Assembly: GCA_028684405.1 (NCBI GenBank)
Contig: JAQUGA010000003.1
Location: 1 to 51,780 of the forward strand
Source: Bacteroidales bacterium
GTDB lineage: Bacteria; Bacteroidota; Bacteroidia; Bacteroidales; WCHB1-69
Length of the DNA stretch: 51,780 nt
Reading direction: 5' to 3'
Shown here: positions 1 through 8,380 of the stretch, piece after piece
Layout of the letters: each line of letters opens with the position of its first letter
Position numbering within the stretch: position 1 is the stretch's first letter
Notes under the pieces: generated by a model
Database searches by the model: none
Seen by the model: the letters and a program-made list of their open reading frames with translations, nothing else
What the model was told of the DNA's origin: nothing
Translations under genes and position numbers: made by a program

Positions 1-621
1 CCAAATTCGACTGAATTAAAATATTCATTTGAAGATATTGAAAGATTGCACGAAAACGACATTCAAAAATGGGATCAGATAAAAACCAGATGGAATGATC
101 TACTGAATGACCTTTCGGTTTGGAGTTTATCATACTGCTCATTTGCACCTTATATGTATCCATGGGCAATAGCTGAAGATCCTTTTGCAGCTACAAAGGA
201 GACACAGCATATAGCACCAGGCATTATTAAAGAAAAAGAAAAACTATTTCAAAAATATTTTGGGATTAGTTTCTACGAAATCTATAAACATCCAACATTT
301 TTATGGGAGGTAAAATACAATTATATTGATTATTCTCAGGAATATGTCGAGTTTTTGATTGAAAAAATTTATCCCGAATGCAAACCCTTTAACCATCTGT
401 CCGACGATTTGATAGAGCAAAGAGGATTGTTTTGTAAGCGTGGCAAAGATTCAAAAGACAGAGAAACTAATCCTCAACGCCATTTTCCATCGGAAAGGAT
501 AAAAGAATGGTATGACAAAAAATTCGGTGAAGGTAGATATCTATCAAAATATGATGCAGTTGAGAAATACGAATCTGCAGCAAAACCATGGAATTTAAAC
601 AGTTTTAAATACTGTAAATAA
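1..621 (+). CDS. C-terminal part of a protein of unknown function (ORF runs off the 5' window edge)
   Basis: Frame 1 is open from nt 1 (PNSTELKYSFEDIERL...), so the TTG at 46 in the ORF track is internal. Stop TAA at 619-621. Trp/Tyr-rich; no motif I recognise. Confidence 0.5.
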   Translation, partial: PNSTELKYSFEDIERLHENDIQKWDQIKTRWNDLLNDLSVWSLSYCSFAPYMYPWAIAEDPFAATKETQHIAPGIIKEKEKLFQKYFGISFYEIYKHPTFLWEVKYNYIDYSQEYVEFLIEKIYPECKPFNHLSDDLIEQRGLFCKRGKDSKDRETNPQRHFPSERIKEWYDKKFGEGRYLSKYDAVEKYESAAKPWNLNSFKYCK

Positions 622-678
622 AGCTCAATTGAACTAATTATAGGTTTGGGTTAATTTGGAAATATTTTTTTGAAAATA

Positions 679-705
679 TCTTCCTCTTTTCGCAACTTTT
701 ACCTC
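679..705 (+). repeat. 27-nt intergenic motif, copy A (TCTTCCTCTTTTCGCAACTTTTACCTC)
   Basis: 24/27 identity, ungapped and in the same orientation as copy B at 3336-3362. Confidence 0.6.
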
Positions 706-846
706 GGTCAGTAGTGGATAGACTGGGATGAATGATCAAACACAGAATTTTTTTCAGGACTCTTTAGGTGAATATATAATAGTGATATTGCTTCAAGTTT
801 TATATTTTGTTAGGTTTGGAGTCAAAAATAAATTCCTGAAAAATCG

Positions 847-854
847 TATATTTG
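847..854 (+). promoter_or_regulatory. Bacteroidota -7 promoter box (TAnnTTTG) for the DEAD-box helicase
   Basis: TATATTTG, 21 nt upstream of GTG 876. Confidence 0.45.
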
Positions 855-875
855 CAGACATTTAAAAAGAAAAAA

Positions 876-2180
876 GTGAATTTTCAAGATTTTAATTTAA
901 AAAAAAGCATTCAAACGGCATTGGATGAATTGGAGTACGACCAGCCAACGCCCATTCAGATTGAAACATATTCTACCGTTCGTTCAGGCAAAGATTTAGT
1001 TGGAATAGCACAAACCGGGACGGGAAAAACACTCGCTTATTTGTTGCCCATCATTGATTGGTTAAGCTATTCCGAACAACGAATGCCTCGGGTTATTGTG
1101 ATGGTTCCAACGCGCGAATTGGTTATGCAGGTGGTGAAAGAAGTGGAGAAGATTACGCCTTATGTTAGTGTCAGAACAGTAGCCGTGTATGGTGCTACAA
1201 ACATAAATACGCAAAAACAAAAAGTGTACGACGGTTGCGATATTTTGGTAGGAACGCCAGGTAGAGTTTACGACTTAATTATGAGTGGCATTTTGCGAAC
1301 CAAAGATGTGAAAAAGTTTGTGATTGACGAAGTGGATGAAATGTTTAATCTTGGATTTCGACCCCAAACTGTTTCCATTATGGAGACTTTGCCTCCAAAA
1401 CGTCAAAATTTAATGTTTTCGGCAACACTGTCTGAAGATGTCGAGAATCTGGTTAATAAGTTTTTCAACAAGCCCAAAATTGTCAAAATTGTGCCTCATG
1501 GTACTCCTTTGGAAAAAATAATCCAAATTGGATATCCCGTATTGAATTTTACTACAAAATTGAATTTATTGGCACATTTGTTAAAAAACGAAGAAGAGTT
1601 TCAAAAAGTTCTGGTTTTTGTTTCTACAAAAAAACAAGCCGATGCTGTTTTTACTTTTGTCGAAGGAAAGTTTCCTGAACAAGTTGCTGTTATTCATTCT
1701 AATAAGTCTCAAAATCAGCGTTTTAATGCGGTAAATGCGTTGCATGATGGTAAAGTGAGAGTCTTGATTGCAACCGATGTTGTTGCTAGAGGTATTGATA
1801 TTAAAGATATTACGCATGTGATAAACGTGGATACTCCTTCGTCTCCCGGAGATTACATTCATCGCATTGGACGAACCGGAAGGGCTGATAAACCTGGTAC
1901 AGCCATCACTTTTATTACAGAAAGCGAAGGTTTGTATCTCGACTTAATTGAGGAGTTTATGAAAAAATTAATCGATTTGCAAGATTTTCCCTCCGAAGTA
2001 GAAGTGTCTCGAGTTACAACTCCCGATGAGAGAGTTACTCCGCTTTATGATATTCCGTACCTAAAAGAACCAGAAATTAGGGTCAAAAAGACAAAACCAT
2101 CAAAAGCCAGTTTAAGAAATGCAAAACCGAATTTGACACCAAAACAGAGAGCTGATAAAAAGCGAAAGCGAAAAAAATAA
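876..2180 (+). CDS. DEAD-box ATP-dependent RNA helicase (RhlE-like, Lys/Arg-rich C-terminal tail)
   Basis: Q-motif TPIQ, motif I AQTGTGKT, Ia PTRELV, II DEVD (a DEAD variant), III SAT, VI HRIGRTGR. C-terminal KQRADKKRKRKK tail. I moved the start to in-frame GTG 876 (MNFQDFNL...) because a TATATTTG -7 box at 847-854 overlaps the track's TTG at 852. Confidence 0.9.
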   Translation: MNFQDFNLKKSIQTALDELEYDQPTPIQIETYSTVRSGKDLVGIAQTGTGKTLAYLLPIIDWLSYSEQRMPRVIVMVPTRELVMQVVKEVEKITPYVSVRTVAVYGATNINTQKQKVYDGCDILVGTPGRVYDLIMSGILRTKDVKKFVIDEVDEMFNLGFRPQTVSIMETLPPKRQNLMFSATLSEDVENLVNKFFNKPKIVKIVPHGTPLEKIIQIGYPVLNFTTKLNLLAHLLKNEEEFQKVLVFVSTKKQADAVFTFVEGKFPEQVAVIHSNKSQNQRFNAVNALHDGKVRVLIATDVVARGIDIKDITHVINVDTPSSPGDYIHRIGRTGRADKPGTAITFITESEGLYLDLIEEFMKKLIDLQDFPSEVEVSRVTTPDERVTPLYDIPYLKEPEIRVKKTKPSKASLRNAKPNLTPKQRADKKRKRKK

Positions 2181-2256
2181 AAGAGTAAACAAAAGTTTCT
2201 TCTTATCAGGTTCTTCTGCGGATAAATTGAAGTTTCAGTCAACGAAGATATTTTTT

Positions 2257-3075
2257 TTAGGGCTTGGAATGCCATTTTTTGTTTTCGATACAGTCTTGAA
2301 GTTCCTGTGGTAGATTTGAGAAAAAATCGTATGAAGTTTGAATTTCGATATTTCGTATGGTAGTTATGTAGTTTTGCCATTTTCCTCTTCTAACTCCCTG
2401 GATATTAGGCATCATAACGGCGATAATTTCTGTATTTTTGTTGATTTCTGGAAGTTTGTTCTTAAAATCGGTGATGATTACAATTTTAAAACAGGAGTCG
2501 GGGATGGCTACTTTTCCTTCGCCGTGCAGTGTTGAGTCGGATACAAAAACACCACCGGCATAGATGAAAAGATTTTTGTTTTCTTTGGTGCAAAGTTTTT
2601 CGCAGTAATATTCAAAGTTTAGCCATAGCCCACGATTTAAGTCAGGAGTTTGTGGATAGATATTGCTCATCAAAAAAGTGCTTTTATTATTGATTTCGTT
2701 ATCTGAACGTTCTTTGCTTCGCACAATGTGTCCTCTGTCAAATCCAGAATTGGTATAATCTTTATGTTTTGCTCTGTGATATTTTTTCGGGATGACTGTG
2801 TCGGTAATAAACTGTCCTTTGTAACGGTCGGTTTCTCCGATCCATCCGCTATTTAAGTTCCAAGCCACCCAATCGGCAGTTGATTTTTGAGGATTGTAAC
2901 TCAGTGCATATTGATTTCTGAAAATATAATAAATGTCTGGATTTTCTGAATTAATGGGGAGTCCGTAGTAATAATTTACTTTTGAGAGACTGTCGCCTGC
3001 ATCAAATAATATTTGTTGCGCCCTTGATTGCAGTCCAATCGTTATTAAAATAGAAAAAAGAATCTTATTAAACAT
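2257..3075 (-). CDS. Secreted DNA/RNA non-specific endonuclease (beta-beta-alpha-Me, NucA/EndoG family)
   Basis: N-terminal signal peptide (MFNKILFSILITIGLQSRAQQ). FDRGHIVRS (DRGH catalytic motif) followed by MSNIYPQ...NRG, as in Serratia-type nucleases. Confidence 0.8.
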   Translation of the reverse strand: MFNKILFSILITIGLQSRAQQILFDAGDSLSKVNYYYGLPINSENPDIYYIFRNQYALSYNPQKSTADWVAWNLNSGWIGETDRYKGQFITDTVIPKKYHRAKHKDYTNSGFDRGHIVRSKERSDNEINNKSTFLMSNIYPQTPDLNRGLWLNFEYYCEKLCTKENKNLFIYAGGVFVSDSTLHGEGKVAIPDSCFKIVIITDFKNKLPEINKNTEIIAVMMPNIQGVRRGKWQNYITTIRNIEIQTSYDFFSNLPQELQDCIENKKWHSKP

Positions 3076-3094
3076 GATGCTAGTATTTTATTTG

Positions 3095-3102
3095 CAAACA
3101 TA
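3095..3102 (-). promoter_or_regulatory. -7 box (TAnnTTTG) for the endonuclease gene
   Basis: The minus strand reads TATGTTTG, 19 nt upstream of ATG 3075. Confidence 0.45.
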
Positions 3103-3242
3103 GAAAAAGTGGTACAAAATACGCTTTATTTCTTTCAGTTTGTTTAATGTTATTGTTGTCCAATATGAAAAGAATAAATTGTATAAACGGTATTATATCA
3201 AGTAATTATCAGAAACAATAAAATAGTTTGCTTTAATGTTCT

Positions 3243-3293
3243 GATTTTCAGGCGTTACTCCCTTCAGTGCGGGGCAATAAACGGCTGAAAATC
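3243..3293. other. GC-rich imperfect hairpin in a long AT-rich intergenic region (candidate structured RNA or protein-binding site)
   Basis: GATTTTCAG-G-CGTT ... AACG-G-CTGAAAATC: 13 paired positions with one G/G mismatch, enclosing a 23-nt loop ACTCCCTTCAGTGCGGGGCAATA. Confidence 0.3.
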
Positions 3294-3335
3294 TATATAA
3301 TTCTTAAATCATTAAATCAAGATGCTACAAAACAG

Positions 3336-3362
3336 TCTTCCCCTTTTCGCAATTTTCACCTC
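3336..3362 (+). repeat. 27-nt intergenic motif, copy B (TCTTCCCCTTTTCGCAATTTTCACCTC)
   Basis: 24/27 identity to copy A. Its core CTTTTCGCAATT (3343-3354) is repeated as a perfect inverted copy AATTGCGAAAAG at 3378-3389. Confidence 0.6.
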
Positions 3363-3552
3363 AAATTTTAAAGAATGAATTGCGAAAAGAAGTAGATAAT
3401 TGGTGTAAGCAATTAGTTCCAAAACAATTGTTTTTTATCGGACTATAAATATTGATTTTGTGTTTATTTCTATTATTATTATATCAAAGGATGTTTTTAC
3501 AAGAGAGTTAGTTTTTAATTTACATTAATAGAAATTGGTATTGGTTTTTTTA

Positions 3553-3560
3553 TATTTTTG
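3553..3560 (+). promoter_or_regulatory. -7 box (TAnnTTTG) for the beta-propeller gene
   Basis: TATTTTTG, 52 nt upstream of ATG 3613. Confidence 0.35.
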
Positions 3561-3612
3561 CACAGTTTCTTTCGGAAATGATTAAAGTTATTTTTTAAAT
3601 TATAAAATTTTA

Positions 3613-5208
3613 ATGAAGCATGATAAAGGTTGTCTTATTGCAATATTAATATTTGCATTTTGTTTATTATATTTTATTTGGCACATTTCAACAACAAATT
3701 CTCCAATAGAAGAGGAGATGCCCGAATTAGTTGATTCTGTTTCCATATTTTCACATTTACCAGATACCATTTTTCCATCTGCTTTGTTGATGGATTTTGA
3801 AATAAAACGATATGACACTCTTTCCGGTGGAGCGTTGATTTCTTTGGATGATTTATACTTAAACAACGCTGGTGTATTCACTTTCAGAGGTGGAATTTCC
3901 CGAAACTATCCCAATAAAGGTAGAATTGTCGGGAGTCCGAGCCATGTTGAAACAGAATGGGTGTTTAGTACTCCATTTGATACTGTAAAAACGAAATATG
4001 GTCGGTGGGGTGGCGGCACAGGATGGACTGGGCAGCCACTATTGATAAACTGGCCAGATTCTCTAAAATATCATTTTGCTCAAGTGAATGATACTTTGAT
4101 TTTTAATTCACCAAATGCAGAAGTTATTTTCGCTTCTTTATGTGGGGATGTTTTTTTTCTTAATCCGGAAACTGGAAAACCAAGTCGTAGCAGTATTTCC
4201 ATTGGCAATACATTAAAAGGTACGCCAAGTGTAGATCCTTCGTTGAATGGTCTTTTATATGTGGGTCATGGTGTTCCCCGTTGTACTACTGCCATGGGAA
4301 TTAGTGTAATTGATCTGTTTTCTCACGAAAAAATTCAATTTATTTCAGGTCAAGATCCTTTTTCATGGAAAAATTGGGGTGCTTTTGACTCTTCTCCAAT
4401 TGCAGTCGGACAATTTCTTTTTTGGCCCGCTGAAAATGGCTTGGTTTATAAGTTTTTGCGTACGAATAATGGTCTTGTTATTCACTCTGTGTTACGATAT
4501 AGATTCAAAGGCAATGGTGCGCCGGGGATTGAATCGTCGATTGCTGTTTTTAAAAACTATGGATACTTTGGTGACAATCATGGGAATATAATTTGTTTAA
4601 ATCTTAATAATATGAAGCCCGTTTGGCATTTTCATAATGTTGATGATAATGATGCTACAATTGTGGTTGAGCAAGAGGGAAATGTCCCATACATATATGC
4701 GGGTTCGCAAGTAGATAGACAGGGTGACACAGGAGTTTCTCAAATTGTTAAGTTAAATGGTTTAAATGGAAAACTTGTTTGGAAACAAAGAATCAATTGC
4801 AGAAATTTGAAAACGACAGAAAAAAAATACGATGGAGGTATGTTTTCAACGCCATTGTTGGGAGAAGGTAATTGTAGTGATTTCATTTTTTGTGTCGTTT
4901 CATTACCCGATTCTTCTTTGAAAGCAGATATGATTGCTTTTTCAAAAGAAAATGGAGATATCAAATGGAAATTGAGATTAGATGCTTGGTCTTGGTCATC
5001 ACCAGTTCCATTTTACAACGAGCATGATTCTCTTTTTATTCTCACAGGTGATGTTGCTGGGAATATGTATATTATTGAAGGAAGTGAAGGGAAGGTGCTG
5101 TTTAAGGAGAAAATGGCTCAGAATTTTGAATCATCTCCTCTCGTTATGGGGAGTTCAGTAATAGTGGGTTCACGGGGGCGAAATATGTATAAATTCTCCA
5201 TAAAATGA
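3613..5208 (+). CDS. Membrane-anchored PQQ-like / BamB-like beta-propeller repeat protein
   Basis: N-terminal TM helix (CLIAILIFAFCLLYFIW). Recurring ~40-aa Gly/Trp-rich blades (G..Y..D..G.....N..TGK..W-type: NPETGKPS, NMKPVWHF, NGKLVWKQ, NGDIKWKL, GSEGKVLF). Confidence 0.55.
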   Translation: MKHDKGCLIAILIFAFCLLYFIWHISTTNSPIEEEMPELVDSVSIFSHLPDTIFPSALLMDFEIKRYDTLSGGALISLDDLYLNNAGVFTFRGGISRNYPNKGRIVGSPSHVETEWVFSTPFDTVKTKYGRWGGGTGWTGQPLLINWPDSLKYHFAQVNDTLIFNSPNAEVIFASLCGDVFFLNPETGKPSRSSISIGNTLKGTPSVDPSLNGLLYVGHGVPRCTTAMGISVIDLFSHEKIQFISGQDPFSWKNWGAFDSSPIAVGQFLFWPAENGLVYKFLRTNNGLVIHSVLRYRFKGNGAPGIESSIAVFKNYGYFGDNHGNIICLNLNNMKPVWHFHNVDDNDATIVVEQEGNVPYIYAGSQVDRQGDTGVSQIVKLNGLNGKLVWKQRINCRNLKTTEKKYDGGMFSTPLLGEGNCSDFIFCVVSLPDSSLKADMIAFSKENGDIKWKLRLDAWSWSSPVPFYNEHDSLFILTGDVAGNMYIIEGSEGKVLFKEKMAQNFESSPLVMGSSVIVGSRGRNMYKFSIK

Positions 5209-5238
5209 GAATGAGTTTATTTGCAAAACATAAAAAAA

Positions 5239-5265
5239 GCTGTCCGAAATGGACAGCTTTTTTTT
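5239..5265. terminator. Bidirectional intrinsic terminator between convergent genes
   Basis: GCTGTCC-GAAAT-GGACAGC stem-loop flanked by A7 on the left and T8 on the right. Lies between the stops at 5208 (+) and 5285 (-). Confidence 0.8.
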
Positions 5266-5284
5266 GAAGAAATTATGAATTAAA

Positions 5285-5725
5285 TTATTCTTGAGGAGTT
5301 TGAGGTTTGTTTTTGCAAACTAATTCTTCGATTTTATCATCAAAGAAAAGAGCAATGGATAAAATAAGAGATAACCAAAGTCCAAATCCTACAAATTTGA
5401 TGGACGATTTGTCTGCTAAAAATGCGATATAAACAAATAAGACAATATGCATTACTGCCAATATTATTTTTAGAATCATGACTAAGTTTGTTTCTTTGTT
5501 CCATAATAGGAAAAGAAGATATCCAGCTGCAGCTGGGATAAGAATAGTTAGCAAGTTCAAGAAGCTAAATGAATCGAAAATAGTGAAAAATAAACCGATT
5601 CCGCTTTTTGAATAGCCACCCCATGTACCTAGGTTTAACCTAAAATAAGGAAGGATTAGATACGAAATAAGAATTACTGAGGTCAAGATGACGACTGGTT
5701 TTTTGAAAAAATCTTTAATTTCCAT
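5285..5725 (-). CDS. Small integral membrane protein (about 4 TM helices), unknown function
   Basis: 146-aa ORF that is almost entirely hydrophobic segments. Last gene of a minus-strand run and followed by the hairpin terminator at 5239-5265. Confidence 0.5.
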   Translation of the reverse strand: MEIKDFFKKPVVILTSVILISYLILPYFRLNLGTWGGYSKSGIGLFFTIFDSFSFLNLLTILIPAAAGYLLFLLWNKETNLVMILKIILAVMHIVLFVYIAFLADKSSIKFVGFGLWLSLILSIALFFDDKIEELVCKNKPQTPQE

Positions 5726-5844
5726 GTTGTAATTTTGTTTAATAATTCTTCAAAATTATATATTTTTATAATGCAAGCCAAGTAAGTAGGTGAAATTAAC
5801 AATTTTATTTTATATTCGTTGAAGATTTTTTAAATACGTTTTTG

Positions 5845-6783
5845 TTAAAATATAATCCAATGTGCTCTAAGTCCTTGTTTGTCAGTGAAACTGATGCCAG
5901 GCAGTGGAAATTTGAAGTAATTTAAGCTAAATAGTAAAGCATTTAGGATCTTGTTTTTTGTTTTAATCTTACTTAAATCAATATCTGGTGCAATATAAAA
6001 ATGTCTTTGTCGGCCAAAATGTGGAATTTCTACACCATTTATTTGACTTGGATTTTCAAAACCTCCGGTCATACCACTGGCTCTGTAACCAATAGCAAGG
6101 CTGATCCATTTCGGAAATAAAGATTCTTTAGGGAGAAAAAGACTTGGATTGATGCTGGTCCAAATGGTGATTCCATTGTAGTTTTTTATAAATTTCTCAG
6201 GATAGGTGCTTCCAAGAAGATTGGGTCGATAGTTAGGTTCCTGAGTTGTTTGATAGGAATATTTGAGATGAATATATTGCTCTTGCCACAGCAATTGTTG
6301 AGCAGCAAATAAAGATGTTCCTATTCCATTTGAAACAACATCACCCCACGAAAATCCCCATTCTTTTGAAAAACCATCAAATATTTCAAAACTGCTTTGA
6401 AAACCAAAACTGGCTACAGAAGACCAAAGTACAGCCTTTTTATTGTCCATGCCTGTCCATCTAAATATTTCATACGTATATCTACTGATAGAATAAGCCG
6501 CAAGCATATGGCTGGCTTTATCCATTTGCAACCATTCTTGATTGTCATTAAAAGAATGGAATCTACTGGTAGGATAATCTTTATACCAAGCCGAATAGAG
6601 TGTTATCATAGAGCATGCATAAACTCCAGAGAATGCTGCAGCAACAGGAATAATTCTGTTTTTCATAATACTGTCAGGATAGACAGTTTGAGTGCTTTCG
6701 GAAAAACTTGAAATATTTGTGCTGTTTCCAAAAGAATAACACAAAAGACAAAGAATAAAAATGCTTGCCTTTATTTTTTTCAT
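5845..6783 (-). CDS. Signal-peptide protein with a YfiM/DUF2279-like motif
   Basis: Signal peptide MKKIKASIFILCLLCYSFG. WLQMDKASHMLAAYS matches the DKxxH core I associate with YfiM/DUF2279 lipoproteins. Only 3 nt downstream of the phosphohexomutase stop, so probably an operon. Confidence 0.45.
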   Translation of the reverse strand: MKKIKASIFILCLLCYSFGNSTNISSFSESTQTVYPDSIMKNRIIPVAAAFSGVYACSMITLYSAWYKDYPTSRFHSFNDNQEWLQMDKASHMLAAYSISRYTYEIFRWTGMDNKKAVLWSSVASFGFQSSFEIFDGFSKEWGFSWGDVVSNGIGTSLFAAQQLLWQEQYIHLKYSYQTTQEPNYRPNLLGSTYPEKFIKNYNGITIWTSINPSLFLPKESLFPKWISLAIGYRASGMTGGFENPSQINGVEIPHFGRQRHFYIAPDIDLSKIKTKNKILNALLFSLNYFKFPLPGISFTDKQGLRAHWIIF

Positions 6784-6786
6784 TTA

Positions 6787-8130
6787 TTATTGGAAACGAG
6801 CAATGATATTTTCAATAATAGTCTTTTTCTCAACAAGCATTTCTTGATTTTTTGCTTCCAAAATGAGTCTTAAATAAGGCTCTGTATTGGATGGGCGAAT
6901 GTTGAACCACCAATCTTTAAACTCAATGCGGTAGCCGTCAAAATCATGTTTTGCAGTGGGTTCTTCATTTGTAATAAAGTGATTTACAACAGCTTCCATG
7001 GCATCGGTTTTGTTTTGAATGGTGAAGTTCAGTTCGCCGGAATTGGCATATTTGTCAATGTCACTAATGAGTTGCGACAATGTTTTTCCTCTCTTCTTTG
7101 CTTTTGAAAGAATATTTAGGATAAGAATGGCTGCCAACATCCCAGAATCGGAATAGAAGAAATCACGGAAATAGTAGTGTCCGGCAAGTTCGCCACCAAA
7201 AATTCCATCAATTTCCCGGAGTTTTAATGCTGCAAAGGCTCTTCCAACGCGCCACATGAACGTTTTACTGCCCAGCGATTCGATGTGTTCGCTTACTGAT
7301 TTTGAAGTCCTAATGTCTTGGATAACCCATCCCTTTTCTTGTTTTTCAATGAGAAAATAATCGGCTAAAACAGCAATCATTAAGTCGGGGTGGATAAATT
7401 TCCCTTTTTCGTCAACAAACATTACTCTGTCGGCATCTCCGTCGAAAATAACACCAATATCAGATTTGTTATTTAGCACTATTTTTTTTAAATCCTCAAC
7501 ATTTTCTTCCTCTAAAGGATTGGGTTCATGATTTGGAAAAGTACCATCCAATTCGTCGTATAGATAGGAAACACTGTCGCCCCAAATATCTCTTACAAGC
7601 AAAGCAGCCATGCCGTTTGAGCAATCTATGGTAATATTTAAATTAGAAATGTCTTTGGTGTATTTTTTTAAAAACTGGATGTATTCTTCTTTTACTTGAT
7701 GTGGAATTATTTTTCCTTTCACTTCAGCAAGCTCGATTTTGTCATTTTTAACACGCTCCTCAAGCTCTTTAAGTCCTGTGTCATAGCCAACAGGAAGGGC
7801 ATTGCTTCGGGAAATTTTTAATCCATTATGATCTTTTGGATTATGAGAAGCGGTAATTTGTACCGACGCATCAAACTTGTGCTGAGCCGTAAAATAATAT
7901 ACCATGGGAGTTGTCGAAATGCCCATGTCGTACACGTCTGCTCCGCTGTCGGTAATGCCATCCGTAAGAGCTTTGAATATTTCGGGGGATGAGGTTCTAA
8001 CATCTCTGCCAACAAGCACTTTGTTTGCTTTTAATAATTTTGGCAAGAAAAACCCGATTTTGTAAACGTCTTCTTTGTTGAAATCTTTATTATAAACTCC
8101 TCGAATGTCATATGCTTTAAAGGCTCCCAT
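6787..8130 (-). CDS. Phosphomannomutase/phosphoglucomutase (alpha-D-phosphohexomutase family)
   Basis: Active-site phosphoserine loop TASHNP, Mg-binding loop FDGDADR, sugar-binding GELAGH, C-terminal RPSNTEP phosphate-binding loop. Confidence 0.9.
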   Translation of the reverse strand: MGAFKAYDIRGVYNKDFNKEDVYKIGFFLPKLLKANKVLVGRDVRTSSPEIFKALTDGITDSGADVYDMGISTTPMVYYFTAQHKFDASVQITASHNPKDHNGLKISRSNALPVGYDTGLKELEERVKNDKIELAEVKGKIIPHQVKEEYIQFLKKYTKDISNLNITIDCSNGMAALLVRDIWGDSVSYLYDELDGTFPNHEPNPLEEENVEDLKKIVLNNKSDIGVIFDGDADRVMFVDEKGKFIHPDLMIAVLADYFLIEKQEKGWVIQDIRTSKSVSEHIESLGSKTFMWRVGRAFAALKLREIDGIFGGELAGHYYFRDFFYSDSGMLAAILILNILSKAKKRGKTLSQLISDIDKYANSGELNFTIQNKTDAMEAVVNHFITNEEPTAKHDFDGYRIEFKDWWFNIRPSNTEPYLRLILEAKNQEMLVEKKTIIENIIARFQ

Positions 8131-8145
8131 AATTGCTTTTTTTTA

Positions 8146-8153
8146 CAAACTTA
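8146..8153 (-). promoter_or_regulatory. -7 box (TAnnTTTG) for the phosphohexomutase operon
   Basis: The minus strand reads TAAGTTTG, 15 nt upstream of ATG 8130. Confidence 0.45.
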
Positions 8154-8380
8154 CAAAAAAATAAAAGATGTATTTACTTTATTTAAGATTATTATTCACT
8201 TTTATCGGAACAAAAACCATCCAAATAACGTTTAATGGTGTCTAATTAGTACTTGCATTAAAGTTAGTGTTTGAAAAGGAGATAAATTATACAAAACATT
8301 TTATATTATGATGATTTCTTTTACATAAATATTTTCTGTCTTGTTTTTTTACGAACCAAAATAAATATATAAATCAAAAA

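Noticed and set aside
1326-1337. DEVD instead of DEAD in helicase motif II as a sign of an inactive helicase.
   Set aside because: The Asp-Glu pair that coordinates Mg-ATP is intact and all other motifs are canonical. This looks like a benign variant.
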